Origin: Salpingoeca rosetta
Taxonomy: Eukaryota; Protista; Choanoflagellata
Reading direction: 5' to 3'
Assembly (NCBI GenBank): GCA_033442325.1
Contig: JAWQFM010000006.1
Coordinates: 1,255,124 to 1,319,123 of the forward strand
Length of the DNA stretch: 64,000 nucleotides
Shown here: positions 38,701-53,700 of the stretch, piece by piece
Layout: every line of letters starts with the position of its first letter
Numbering within the stretch: the first letter of the stretch is position 1
Notes under the pieces: generated by a model
What the model was told of the DNA's origin: nothing
The model's database searches: none
Seen by the model: only the letters and a program-made list of their open reading frames with translations
Made by a program: the position numbers and the translations under genes

Positions 38701-41700
38701 ATGGTGGGGTAACCTTTGTCCTGGACAAGGACACAACACCACGGGTGTATGCAAACGCGAACAAGGTGCTGCGCGCCCTCAAGGCACGCGTTCCTGTCGT
38801 GTTTGAGGGCAGTCAGGCCGTGGGCAAGACGGCAACCGTGACTGCTCTCGTCCACTGGTTGACGCACAAGGCGATTCTGCGCAAGACCAACAGCGATTCC
38901 ACGCAAGCCACGGACTACCTCTCCTACTGGCGTCCCAGCAAGCAAGGCAACTTTGCCTTTGAAGAGGCAGAGTTCGTGCGCACCCTGCGCAACGGCACAT
39001 GCTTCCTGAACGACGAGTTCAACCTCGCCAACACGTCCACCCTCCTCTCTGTCTTCATCCCTGTGCTTGACAGCGGCTGCTTGGCGCTTCCAACCGGCGA
39101 GTACGTGCACAGAGCACCTGGCTTCTGGCTTGCAGCTTGCCAGAACCCCGTTGGCTTTGCTGGGCGCAAACCTTTGGCTCGCAAGCTGGCTGACCGCGTG
39201 TGTGTCGTGCCGTTTGAGAACCTGACACTGGACGAGCTGACGGAGATTGCTGCCAAGCGCACAAGCAACGCCATGAGCACAGACATGCTGCGCAAGTTTG
39301 CTCAGCTGCAGGTGCAGATGCGGGAGTACACCGCACTCAAGCAAGACCCGGCAGTCACCGTGCGCGAGGTGTGTCGCTGGACACGCCGCATGCAGGCCAC
39401 GCCAGACTCAGCGCCTCACGCCGTTGCGAACGGCATTGAGTTGCTGGTGGGGCGATCACAAGGCCAACCGCAGCTTGTCGATTTGGTCACGAAAGCGTTT
39501 GCCAACGAAGAAGACGGCCAGAACGTTGACAGATTGCACAGCGTAATGGCGGGTGGGGATTCCATCCCCGATGTTTGCTCTTTTACACTCCCTCGTGATG
39601 GCTGCGTGGAAATCAGATATGAGGGCCATCCAGCGTCAACAGTTCGGGTCGAGACACAGCTGCCACCAGCCGCCATTGCACCATTGCTGACAGCACCCTG
39701 CTTCAAGTCCAAGCAGTTTTGCCTTGATTTCTACCGCCTCTGCAAGTGCTACACAAACAAGGAGCCTGTGCTGTTGATTGGCCCCACGAGCCGTAAGACT
39801 CTGCTCGTAGAGATGCTGGCCAAGGTGACGGGTCGCCCGCTCTCAGCCTACACGCTTGGAACGGATTCGACGGCAGAAGAGCTCATTGGCCGCGTCCTGC
39901 CAACAACACTCGACGCGCAGATGGCAAGTGCCGTCGATGTCATCAGGCGCATCGACACCATCCTTGCTGCTCAAGGCACTGCTGATGCATCCTTGACCGG
40001 CCAGGCGTCTTTGCTGGAAACGGCTGCTGGGTTCATCGGGAGAGCCGACCTCAACTACACGGACGTGGGCCAGTGGCTTGAGCAAGTTGGTGCCGTGTTC
40101 CCTGCTGCTTCATCGTTCGTGGAGGAGGGAAAAACACTCCTCAACGATTTGCAGGTGACCCCGAACAAACAAGGTGATGAGTATGGCGATCCCTACGCGC
40201 GCACCGAGCACAACGGAGATGATAGTAGCAGTGATGGCGAAGATGATGATTGGGGTGACGATTCAAATGAGCGGTCATTACTCCCCACTTCCGCAGCGGG
40301 TGATGGCACGGAAAGTGTTAGCCATGGCAATGCCGACGATGACGAGGATGATTGGGGTGACGAAGATGCAGACGGTGATGACGATGACGATGACTGGGCC
40401 GATGATGGTGGCGCTGATGATGATGCGGGTGCCACACGAGGCAATGTGAGCAGTGACGACGACAGCTGGGGTGGTGACACCAGCGAGCACAGCTCCCGTC
40501 GCTCGTCCTCATCACTCAGTGTCATGGATGAAGAACCCCAGGACGCATGGTGGCTTCAAGAGGACATTGTGACACCAGGCAATACCGCCGATGATGAACC
40601 GCAGACAAACGCCGTGGACGTGCGAATCTCCGAGCTGAAGCTCAAGGTTGTGGTGTACAAGGTTGCCTTGCAAGCGCTGCAGTTCATCACAGCGTCTGTG
40701 TCGGCCGTTTCCGAGAGCCGTGACGAGCACACACAAATGCAACAAGAGCTGGCGGCTTGTGCTGGTCTTCTTCGTCACAGTGTGGATGCCCTCCTCAAGG
40801 AAGATGTTCAGCACTCGTCTGAATTCCAGCGCGCGCGCTTCCAATTCAAGGACGGCCCAGTCACGGACGCTGTGCGGCGTGGTGGCATGCTGCATCTGCG
40901 TGACTTGCACCGCGCCCCTGCATCTGCTGTGGAGAAGTTCAACTCTCTCTTGGAGTTGGAGCCTTCGCTCGAGACAAGCGAGTATGGCAACATCGACTGC
41001 CCGCAGTCGTTCTTCTTTGTCGCTTCCGTGACATCTGATCGCCAGCTCTTTGAGTGCGGCTTGTCACCGGCTCTCATCTCGCGCGTCACCGTCATTGACG
41101 TGCAGCCGTACACCAACACTGAGTTTCAGCACCTGGTCAGAGGCGCCCTCGGTAGCGTGGCAGATACGACGAACGAGCTTGCCCACTTCATCAACGACGT
41201 GTTTGAAGCATATGGCTCCTTCAACACGCGCCTTGCGTACCAGATGATTGGCTTTGTGCAGCGACACAAGGACCGCTTCGTCCGCGTGCAAGACGGCGTT
41301 CTTCACGCTGTGGCGGCGCTCATAGCGCCTCGGCTGGATGACGCGGGAATTGACAAGCTCAACAAGGTCGTGACAGATCGATTCCAGTTCAGACTGGAGG
41401 AGTTTGAAAAGCAACCCGTTGGCTTCTATTCACTGCCTCCCGCGCGACAAACAACGCATGCATCCTCGACACCAACGCAGCAGCCACAGAAGCTGGAAAT
41501 CATCCCTGGCGAGCACATCCTGGAACAGGCACATTTCTTCTCAGCTGACGGTGATGGTGTGGTGTTCGGTCTTGGTCCTTTCTGCATCAGAAGTGTGCAC
41601 ACGTCCGCAGATGTGGCGCCAAATCTGCAGCTGTATCCCGGCATGAGCACCAACCACAATCTTCGCGCGATGGCTCGCGTTTTCAGCGCAGGACTGTACC

Positions 41701-44700
41701 CTGTTCTCCTGGGCCCACCGGCAAGTGGCAAGCTGTCCTGTGCTCGAGAACTTGCGCGTGCGCTTGGCTACAGCAACGTGACGCTGATCACATTTGCGCG
41801 TTCCACATCGAGCGAGGATGTGATTGGCCGCTACCACCAAGCGCTGGACGGGTCGTTCCGGTGGGAAGATGGCGCGTTCATGACCGCTGTCAATTCAAAC
41901 CGGTTCATCGTGCTCAAAGATATCCACCTCATCAACAACGAACTTGCTGTCCAGATCGCTCGCATCCTACGCGAGCATTCAACACCCCCAACAACTGCAA
42001 TGAGAACAAGCACAGCTTGTCAGGTGCCGAAGTTGCCGCTCGTGTGCGCGACTGCTCCAGCGTTGGAGAAGGTTGCAGATCAACTGCAAATCGCCTTTGC
42101 CCCGCTGCCCTTCCAACACATCCTGCCGAGCAGCCCACACCCTGATTTGGTGTATCCACTGGTCTGCCACGCATTCCGCGACATTGAACAGCTGAGTGTG
42201 AGCCACGAACTGTTCATGCCATTGGCCCGTCTATTGTGTGAACTGGTGGAATTGAGCGAGGACGACTCGACAGATCTGGTTGGCGCATTTCCGTCCTGGT
42301 CCCTGCGTGAAATGGAGAAAGTGAAGACCTTGTTCGTGCCGCTCTTCGAGACACTGCAGTGCCTGCAGTGGGTGGAGCACGACGAGCAAGGCGCAGATGA
42401 CGACGAAGATGGCGGCGTGCATCTGGATCATAACCAAGCAGACAGCGGTGACCACCACGACAACTGCCTGCCTGCAGACATGCAGCAGCTGGCGCTGCAA
42501 GTCCTGACCAAAGTGGCACGGCTGGTGTTTGTGGGCGGCCTTGAAGGTCGAGCTCGTGACCTGGCCTTGAAGAAGGTGGTCAAGTGTTTTCCTCAAACAG
42601 CGCCTGACACTCAGTCGGCGGTTGTGGTGGACACAACCCTAACGCACTGTGTGCATGTGGGGTTGGTGTTCTTTCCGCGTCGCCAAGCCACGCGAGAAAC
42701 GCCCGCGAACGATGCACGGCAGACCGTCTCACCGGATTTCGTGCTCACACCACAGCATGCCACAACCCTGCAGGACATGGCGCTGGTGCTGCAGGCCCAC
42801 CGCAGCCTCACCATGCGTGGCCCCACGGCCAGCGGCAAGACCCAGCTCATTCGCTGGTTCGCCCGTGCAGCCAATGCACCCACCCTCGAACTCCATCTGA
42901 AGAAAGCAACGGAGATCGGAGATGTCATGGGGCAACTGCGCGCAGAGATGGGAATCGTGCGCGTACAGAGACTGGCCAACGCTGTCTCCAGCGCCCTGTG
43001 CAGCATCTTCGTTGATCTCAACACGCACGTCCTCAGTGCGCAGGAGAACGCACCTCAGCACACACCTCAGGACGCAGCGGCGCTTGCAGCTTCACTGACC
43101 CACGACATTGCTCAGCTCGCTTCGTGCATGGACAAACTCGTGTGCGCTCTGCAAGCAGGAGACGTGGCCAAGGCGATGCCCTTGAAGGATGACATCAAAC
43201 AGCAACTCGCAAACCTCCAAGCCAGACTCGAGGCCTCTGCCGCACAGATTGGGCTGGATGTACAAGCATTTTCATCTGCTGCGCATGAGTTCACAGAGTC
43301 CATTGACCACTTGCTTGTGCGCCTGGATGACATGTGTTTTGACGCGGGGGATGGGCCTCTCCTGCAAGCTGCCCGCAACGGCTGGTGGCTTGTCCTGAAC
43401 GATGTCAACTTCTGCCCACACGACTTCTTGCTGCAGCTGCAAGGATTTCTGGAGAACGACGTCGCTGACATGGGTGCACACACTTCAAAAGACACCACCA
43501 ACGGCACAAGCGCGTGGCAGGTGTCGCCAGACTTCCGCATCATCCTCACGTATGACCCAGACCGACCAGGCGTGGTTCCGCTGCCACCCTCTGTGCGCCA
43601 GCGCTCTGTTGAAGTTGCACTGCCAGCAGTCGATGCGGTGGAGCAGAGAGACACGTTGCATCACATCATGAGCCAGTGGATCTCAGAGATTGGATGCGAC
43701 TATCCACAACGAGTGGCAAGCGTGTTTGTGACCGCCCACTTTGCAGCAAAGCAGGTAATGTCACCTTCCGAGGCGGACGGTCCGTTTGCAGTGACATTCC
43801 GAACAGCCATCCGCGCAATGAAGCTGTTCCGCACCCTCATCCCTCACGTGACGCATGCCAACCTGCAGCAGGCAGTACTCTTTGTGCTGCGTCAAGTCTA
43901 CGATCAGCATGGTCGCGGCGTCATCAAGCAGCCCTTGCTGGCCGAGCTCCAGCATTGGCCGGACGAAGAGCCGAGGTCACTCAACACATGCATCGTATCA
44001 TCTGGCGATACTGCCATCTCAACAATTGACGACACACTTGGTGCGCTCATATGGCACATGGCGGCTGTGGCGATGAAGGACGACAGCGCAACCGCCAGCG
44101 CACAGGATATTTGTCACTGGGCGGTGGCCAGAGCCATGCAGTCCCTGAGCTGTGGTGGGGAGGAGCTGCCCCATGCTCACTTTCCTGACAAGCCGCAGCT
44201 CTTCTTCAACGCCTTCGCTGATCCCGAGCACTCCATTGCGCTTCTTGCTCTGGAAGCTCAAAGCGTGGAGATTGTGTCACGACAACAAGTGCTGGCGACT
44301 GTGCGCACTCTTCAACGCGCACTGGCAGATATTCCACAAGTGGCAACCCTGCAAGACTGCGACAAATGGCGCAACAAGCTGCAGCAGTGGTTGGAGGCAT
44401 GTCAACACCTTGTGATCGCAGGTCGCACATTATCCAGGCGCCCTGGCATGCAAGACCTTGTCTCGTCCTTTGAAGGACTGGTGGCTGCCCTGAGCAACTA
44501 CGTGGCTGCTTTTTCTGGACTGTTCAGGAAGGAGGTTGGTGCTCACATTCTGCTGTCTCGATTCAGAGCACTCATCGAAGCCGCGGAGCGACGCATGGAA
44601 ACAGCGTTGCCTGACTCCAAAGGAAGGCTTGGATTTTTCATTGCACAAATGGAGGCAGTTGTTCGCGCCAAACTCGTGCCACTGTCCCTGCAGGACCAGT

Positions 44701-47700
44701 CCGTGTTTCGCATTCTCGCCCAATCCCCATCGCTCCAAGGGCTCATGCAGCATTTCAGCACGTTCCTTCCGAAAGCCACCATCCAGTTGTCAGCAGCAGC
44801 CGTCTGCCTGCGCAGGGACATGCCTTTCTCCGCTGATGAGTACACGGCCACAGCAACCACGCTTGCCAGAATGGTCAGTGCCGCGGCCACCTCAAGTGAT
44901 GTTGGCGGCACTGAAGCCAACCCTCTCTTCTCCCAAGATTTCATCACAAAGGCCAACTTAATGCAAGACAAGTTTGAGGATGTGAAGGATATCCTTGGGC
45001 CGCGCTTCAACAAAGCTCGTCGAGAGTACAAGAAGGCCGTCACGGAGAAGCTTGATGACGACACCCCCGACTCTGTCCGTACATTTCTGTCAAACTGTGA
45101 AGAGCCTGCATTGGCTCCACCTGAGGAGTGTGGGAAAGAGTTTGCAGAGCTTGGGGAGAAGCGACATCAAGTGGCGGGATTGTACGAGGAAATGAATGCG
45201 CTCAAGGAAGAGCTGAATGACCTCAAGCAGTACGTGTTTGAGATGTTGGAAGAGCACGGTCCCACGCTTCAACCATCGCAGCACCAGTTTGACGTGATGG
45301 AGGCCAAGCGTGTCCTTGAAGGCGGTGCTGATGCCGGCTTTGAGGAGAGCGATAAGATCCAAGACGCCTGGCACGTTTTCCGCAACTTTGCAGCGTCATC
45401 TTCCAACACGTTCCTGGTGGTTGTGAACGCTGTGGGCGAAGACTGGCACACACAAGTGGATGTGCAGCTCCTTCGCGAGCATGGACATGACACCGCGACC
45501 GTTGTTGTCGTTCCTGCATTTCTGTTGAGTGAGCGCCACGTATCTGTGAAAGAAAGCGAAGAAGAGGTGGATGGCGGAGCACTGAAACTCAGGATCACAC
45601 TCATCCAGGAAGCTGAGACCGGCGCAGGGTCCAACATGCTGGAGCAGGTCATCACTCGCGTCATGACGCCTCACCATGATGCAGACTTTTCCCTCAAGCG
45701 CGAAGTGGAGCGGTTTCAGGGACGAAGAAAAGCGCTGACAGGGCACAGCACGGCGAGCCATGTCATGACCAGAGCCATTGTTACACACTGCTCCTCGCAG
45801 CGCAAGGTTGTGGCGGCATCAAACTCGGTCGTGAAGACGCTCGCCGCCTTGAAACGGCACGACATGGAGTCTGACGCGTGGGTGAGCAAAGTTGGCTTGC
45901 TCATCGCCCACATCAAGCGCTTGCACAAGGCTGTTGACGCCAACAAGGATACTGAGCATCAAATGTCCGACGCAGTTATCGAGTTTTGGGCATCGCAGTC
46001 TATTGATGAGCGTACGAAGATTGGCTTGCACCATGCCCTCGTCAAACTGGCCAACAACGATGTTCCTGGGTCTGCCCGCATGCTGCAAGCTCTTGACCAA
46101 GACACATTGGACAAGTACCGCTGCATGTTTGCCGTGGTGCGTGTGTGCACGCTCTACGCATCACATGGGGATGCCAGCATGTCCTCCGTTCAGCCTGCAA
46201 TCTCCTCCATGCTTGCAGCGTGGTTGGATGATGTTCCATCACAATCCACAATGGCCGATGCGCTCTCAACCATCCTCTCCAGCTGTCCTGTGACCCCACG
46301 TGATTTCAAGGACAATCTCTCGGCCCTGCTGCAGCTGCTTGGTCAGAAGCTCGTGGGCGGCAAGGAAGCACGTCAGCAGCTGGCGGCTGTGCTTGACCAA
46401 CTGCGTGAACTGCAGGAGCAGCAACCAACACCACCAGAGCTCGATGCGGATATCAACCGGCTTTCCTCATTGCTGGATCCTGATTATGTTTGCGGTGTGG
46501 ATGTGGCACATTGGCAGCGAAAGCCCGATGAATGGCGAAAGCGTTTGCGTGAGGAGAAGTTGCGCCTGGCAAAGCGAGAACTGCGCTCAATGTTCAAACT
46601 GCCAGCTCTCGAAGGCACCCTAAAACACGAGCTTGTGGACGCCTTGCAGGGGCTGGCTGCAGATGTGAAGAAGTTCAACAAATCGGCTGTGGAATGCTCA
46701 GATCTGCGGCGAAAGCTGAAACGTGTTCTGGTTGGCCAAGTTGTGGACAGCATTGCTGATCTTGTCCATCGAATCGCGGGTCTGTGTGGCGAAGGAACAC
46801 GACTTATGTCAAGACTGCGAGAAAAACAACACCTCATGCTCCAACAACATGAGGTGCCAGTTGATGTGTTGCCACGCGTGCTCAAAGCGATGCAGCGTGT
46901 CGCCAGTGCCACGTGTGTGACTCCAGAAACGGCTGAGTCCGCAGATTGGTTCAACGTCTCACCAGATGAGCTGGTACTCGGGGTGGTGCCAGCTGGGTGG
47001 CGCGTCGTGTTGTCCCGCAGCTTGAGTGCTGAAGAGATTGAGCAGCAAGCAGAGCACTTTTCGCGTTGCACAACGAATGCCTTCGAACTCATGCATGAAC
47101 GCTTTGAAGAAATGGAGCTCACCCTGGACAATTATGCCGAACAGGTGCGTAGTTCACTTTGTGATCTGGTCAGAAGCATCAGGGAAACGATCCAGCAGTC
47201 AGATCTGCAAGGTCGGGCTGAAACAGGGATGAGAAAGCGAGAAGCGCAAGATCAAGTCGTGCAAAAGCTGCAACAAGTCGAAGACGGGCTTGCAGCAGAT
47301 GCCTCAGACGACATTGACGGCCACGCCGAGGCCCAAGAGTGCTTGAATTTGGTCGTCCCTGGCACCAATGTATCACAGCAACTCCAGCACATTTGCGGTG
47401 CACTCGATGTGATGTGCTGCTTTGACCAGTCCCAACACCAGGCCACAGAGGATTCAGCAAGTCCCTCCACAAACCTGATCCTGCGCGAAGGGGAAAGTGT
47501 TGTTGACTGCGTCCAGCGTGTCCTTCAACGAACCAACATTTCTGACCCGCACAATGTTGCCGTGCAGAGGGTGTGGTGCTGGTACTTGTCGACTCTGCTC
47601 ATTGTGGGGGCGCGCAACAGCAGCGAGGTCAAGTGGGGCACGACAGATGTTTCGGAACAAGCGCGGGATGTTGCTGTGCGGTGCTGTCAAAGCGTGATGG

Positions 47701-50700
47701 ACTTTGGCGGCGCAGTTTCCGTCACCAAACGCGCCATCAAGTCATTTGAGCATGCGTTGTCCCAATGTGACCTGTCCACCGGCACCTTCAAGTTCAGTGT
47801 GAAGGTGCTGCACTCGCTCAGCGTGCTTCACATTTTGACGCTTCCGCGGCCACTGATCGACTTTGCTTTTGCGTTGTCGCGAACCTCCGCGGTGGAAGCC
47901 AACGTGGATGTGCCTGTTGCGGTGGGTCAGTTTGTGGAGGGCACGCTTCCTGAGTATGCTCGAGCGCTGCTTCAGAGCGCCTTGTCTGGTCAGCCACCAT
48001 CAGTGATCGACGCGCTGGATGAGGTACTGCCACCTCCGAGTGAGGTGGAAACATTGGACGCTCTCATGCCTTGGGAAGGTGTGCTGTCGAACATCTCCAC
48101 GATCAATTTCACGCCCACTTCAGCAGGAGCTGTCCCAGCCACGACCTCAGACACCGAAGGGCCGTCCATCTTGACAGCATTCACCGCAGCATTTGCGCAA
48201 CTCCTCTCCTTGGAAGTGCTGCTTCCGTGCTCGTTGGCCTTGAACCAAACAGCCAACCTCGCATGGGGTACTGCGGCCACGCGCTTCAATGAGTCACTGC
48301 AGGAAGGCCTCTCCTTGCTTCAACACAACCATCTGGGGACGCTGACCATCCAGGACGAAGAGCTGCTGCAGCTGCTCTGCTTTGGATCGGCCTTGTCCTC
48401 TCTTCAACAAGACGTGCAGCATGCCTGCACTCAAGCTGTCGAGGCAATGCGCAACGTCGTGGGTGCTGACAGCGACGACGACGTTGAGATTGGCGAGGTG
48501 GATGCGCTCTCCAAGCTAATGTACCTTTCGGTGTTTCGGGTGAATGCTGGAAGCGCTTTTGCAAAAGGGCTGGATCTGGCTGCCTGCAAGACTGCACTTC
48601 AGCGCTACAAGAAGGTTGTCTTGGAAGAGCAGCGCAAATGGTCTGAGTTTGTCGACACGCAACTTACCGCGCACGCTCATACGCCTCGCATCACGCGCTC
48701 GGTGGCAGACGACATACGAGAAGCATTGCGACTGTGCAAGAAGTGGATCTTTACTTCGTTGTGGAATGAGCTCACCCTCAAGCGCGCCATTGAACGTCAC
48801 CAGAATCTGCTGGCACTGGCTGAAGAGCTGGGGATGCAGGATGTGCTGGGAGAGCTCGATGTGCACGACATTGTTAAAACACGAGGCTGGTACTCGAGTG
48901 ACTTCCATGTTATCCCTCCTGAAGGAAAACTGTTTTATGTACCAGGCGGGCGGCGGCTCTTCGAGCCAGGGGAGTGGCCGGACGATTCCACGCTCCTTGG
49001 CAGATTGCCAATGGTGCGTGATCCTGTGGTCTCGCAGTACTTCACCTACCAAGATGAGTGTCGCCTGGCTGATCTTGAAAGGAAGATTCGAGCCAAGTCA
49101 GATCCTCGAACACAAGTGGATGTATGTGCACGCCGTGGCGAACAGGTGTTGCAGGATCTGCTGGTTGCAGCGGCTGACGTGAACGCCGCTCTGTCTGGGC
49201 TGCGTTCCAACGGCACCAAGCAGCTGATGAAGGCAATGACACGACTGTCACCGCCAGATCACCTGAACCTGGCCGCCAATGGAATCGAACCTGCGCTGGC
49301 GCGCGCAGCCGAAAACCAGTACACCAAGGCTGCTCGGGTTATCAGCGATGCCGCTCAAGCAGTCGAGTCCGCCGCCAAAGGTATCACGCAATGCCAACAG
49401 ATGAACGGCATCATGCGCGATCTGCACGAGTTGCAGGCTCTGACAGATTCAACAACTTCCCTGCAAACTGCACTGCCAGCCATGCAGCAGCAAGTTGATC
49501 GACTGGTCAAGCGGTACTCGACCCGAGAACCAGAGCAGCTGTGCAAGGGCGTGTGTCACATGATGACAATGACCAAGGACCGCTTGGAGAGCTTTGAGGC
49601 ATTGCTGAAGCAGGCAGATGAGCTGCACAAGAACGTTTTGAAGGAGTGTCCATCCGGCTCTGAGGCGAAGCAGCTGGTGGTGACCATCGCAAACAACCAG
49701 CTGTCATTGCAACCCTTGCTTGTTGAGCTGTCGGCAGAGAGTGCGACCATGCATTCCTCTGGCGACGATGCAGGTGACGAAGCTGAAGACGAGGCTGCAC
49801 ACTGTGATCCCGTTGCTATTCCATCATCTGGGAGTCGACTTGATCTCCAATTTGACGCTTGTCACTTCTATGGCGACGCATGCGAGCCATCCAAACGCCA
49901 GATGGTGGTGCGCAACACGTTTGACACGCACGTGCAGTTCAGGCTGGAGTTGGGCGGGGAGCATGAAGATGATTTCAAGGTTGCATTTGGCGAAGCAGGC
50001 ACGTTGTCTGCAGGCAGCTCAGAGGCGATTGAATGGACATTTGAGCCAACAGCCGAGGATCAGAGAATAGCAACTTGTCACATCCACTGGGAACTGCTGG
50101 ACGAAACAAGTCGCGGGGTGATTGAAATGCGACTGGTTGGCGAGTGCAGGCCTATGACCGTGGAAATGACTGTCAACGCCGACACAACAAGATGCCAGAA
50201 GCTTCCACACGATGTTTTTGAACCTTCGGTGCTCACACAGAACATCACGCTCCAAAGTCACGTGGACAAGCCGAGATGGGTGGCTCTGAACTTGGTTGGT
50301 GGCCTCAGGTTCGCCGGCACAAGCCAAACGACCAAGCAAGTTCACCTGGATGCACGAGGACAGACAACGCTGACCGCAGATTTCAAGCCACGACCGCACA
50401 TAACACCAGGGGTCTATGACGCCCAGGTGGAGCTGTACCTTCACCCATCCAAAGCACAGCTGTGCGGAGTCATTCCCTTGCAGTTTGAGATTGTGGCGCC
50501 AAAGGCGAATTTCAAGCTGCTGTGGAAGGACAAGGAGGTCGACATCAATAAGCGCGTGACGTTGAGGGGAAACCAAGTCGGGCACCCCTATCGGCTTGTC
50601 CTGCGTGTCGAGAACACAGGCACAGCGCGGCTCAAGTGCAACCGAGCAAACCACAAAGACGTCAGCTTCCCAGTGCCCGTGCAGGATGTTGTCCCAGGCG

Positions 50701-53700
50701 GCAGCCTCGAAATTCCATTCACTGTGGGACCTGATGGAGGAATTCTTCGCCGCCTTCGTGACTTGGTCAGCAAGCCAAGCAACGCTGCGTCCATTGGAAT
50801 GTCCTTGAACGACCCTGCTCAACCAACCCTCAACTTGGAGTTCAAGTTGCAGTACTCGACGCCTCAACTTCAACTGGAAAAGCCAGTCAACCTACACCAG
50901 TTGTCGTTTGACTATGACGAAGCGCAGACAGAGTACCGCCACACCTTGCTCGTGACCATCCGCAACGAAGGCAACTCGCTTGGTGTCATTGAATCTGTTG
51001 CCTCTTGTGACCGCTCAGTCCTGGCCGCCCTGCCGGATGGTGAGGATGTTGAAGTGCAAGCCAGCAAATCAGCCAACATGCAGCTGAATGTGACGACGAA
51101 GAAACCACTCTCCCGTCAAGTGACCTTGACCCTACGCACGAATTCCACCGTTACGCCAGCCCTCAACGTGAAGCTGCAGCTTGTCTTCAACTTTCCGCAG
51201 TTGCAGATTCATTCCCCAATGACTTTTGAAGGCTTTGTGTCTGGCACGGCCGTGTTCAGCAAGATATTGACAAACATTGGCTCAAGGACGTTGACTGGTA
51301 CAGCCACACTGGAGGATGGAGAGGGCATGGGACTTCAACTGCGAGCCAAGGGAGGCGAGCCAGCGACACTGTTTGGCCCATCAGCTCCAACCGCTGACCA
51401 AGTCGTCGTTGCCAAGCCAGCCGACAAAGCCTCCTTCATCACCAGAGTGGAGGTGTACCCCAAGAGCTTCATCATTGAGAGTGGGAAAACCAGGACGCTC
51501 AAGATTGCCATCAAGGGCAAGGACAAACCGAACGCTCGCCAGTTTGCTGAGGCAGTCCTGTTGAGACTGAAGACCAACGAGCCAAAGCATCTCGGGCCTC
51601 GTCATGTTGGGGTTGTGGTGAGTCCGCGTCCTCAGGTTCACGTGCCACGACTTCCATTCAGCATCAACCCTTCGAGAACACGTGAATCGTTGGTGAAGCA
51701 ATCATTTGTTGCTGCCTTCCAAGGGCGTGACGATTCTACGCCAGCCAAGGGTGTGGATGAGTTTCTGGGGTTCAAGGGACTGCCGTCATCCCCTGGTGAA
51801 CTCCGGCAGCTACTGGCTCAAGACGAGTTTGGAGTGCTGAGGTTTGATCTGCTGACGGCAATCACCAACGAAAGAAGTGCAGCAAAGGACGACATCATGC
51901 CAGTTGTGGATGGTTTTGTGCTTGGACTCTCGGCGTGTGGGGTGCCTGCATCTATTGGGCGCGAGCTTGAAACCGCCATCACGAGCAAGAAGTCATTTGC
52001 ACGGGCACTGCTTCAACTGGCTGATCATTTCGATGACGTGGACACACGTTCACTGGCCGATGCTGTAGAGCAAGTTGAGGGCACAGGGCCCAGGCCCCTT
52101 CCTGCAGGCGCCTTCTTCACACTGGTGCATGCAACAGCGTCCATGCTGGGTGTGACTGCGCTGTATCCCACGCAACCCGTGACATCCTTTGCACATGTGC
52201 GCGACCTCTTTGATCGCATCACCGCGAACGAAACAGCGCAAGCGCAAGAGGAACAAGATGCCAGCGCTTCTTCGCGACAGCTGTTCGAGGCGCTTGCGCG
52301 ACTCAGCATCCACACACCGGGCATGTTGTCGGAAACCATCACCACCTGGAAGGTTGAGCAAAGCGCGTCACAGGGAGGGAACAGCCGCTCGCTGGTGAGT
52401 ATCGTGACAAGTGCCGAGGCAACTGGCGCCACGGGATGGCGGTTAGCCCTCTCCATTATGAACAGATGCACCGCCGGTGCTGGTCGGCTGGGTCACAAGT
52501 TCGTTGACAAGTTTGTGCGCTGGGCCGAAGACCCCACCAACACTCCACCCGACTTCATCTTGCCGCATGCCGGGGGATATGCTTCAAGGAAAGACATCGG
52601 GGACGCCATCATGAGAGCCATCCCAGAGCAAAGAGACCTTGCTGACGAGCAAGTGCTCTCGCTGGCTCGCAACTTGTATCTCTGCAAGGCAAAGAAATCG
52701 AAGCTCAGTGATGAGCAGCGTCACTTCCTCAATGAGCTCGAACACAAATCAAGCGAGGCGATGAAGGTGCTGGATACGGCGATGAAGAAGCAAAACCCAC
52801 GCTGGCAGAACATTCAGGATGGCTTTTTCAAAGGCGTTGCGCACACACTCGTGTCACCATTCACGGGTAGCCCTTCTACAATTCAACTCCTGGATACAAT
52901 GTTTTCGCGTCTCAAAGACAAGGCGCCATCACCAACAAACACTGCCCTTCGTCCGCTCAAGAGCGTTGCTGCGAGCGCCTCTGCTTTGAAGACAAATTGG
53001 GCACGAATGTTTGCGCTGTTTGTTGTTCTGGACACGATGTCAAACTCAGCGCCAGTTCTCAACATAAGCCTGTCACAAGCCCTTGACCGCCATATTCAGC
53101 ACCATCCACTGTTGTGCCTTCGCATGGTGCTGCAGGCCAACACCAAGAGCCAAAAGAAAAGCAACGATGTCGATCGGCTGTGCGACGCTCTGGTCCGAGT
53201 GAAAGCCACCGGGGCGCGTGAACACGCCGCACTGTTCTGCCTTCTCGAGCTTGGTTTCCAACCATCTGAATCAGGAGGTCCGCGAACGCTGCAGGAATGT
53301 TTGGAGCAACGAAAGCTGGCCGCGAAGCTTGCCCAGCTCTTGCCAGAGTGCTTCGGTTCTTCGAGGTCAGAACACTTGAAAGAAATTGCCGCCCGACTTG
53401 AGAGCGGTGATGACTCATTCAATGGTGTGGCTCGTCACATTGAAGCAGGGGACTTTGCCGCGGCAATCGATGAGTTGCCCCTTCCCAAGACACCTACACT
53501 GAAGCTGCTACTGACGAGTCTCCGAGCATCGAAACGCGCAAAGCTGGACCCCCAACTGCTGCGCTCTCCCGATGACACGATTGCCCTCGTGGAACAGCTG
53601 GTCGACTTGATGTCTGATCCTGAGCCCATGCAGACTCTGAAAAAACCTTCTGCCGTGCAGTACTTGGGCGTCCTTGCCCATGTTGTGCACCGACTACACA

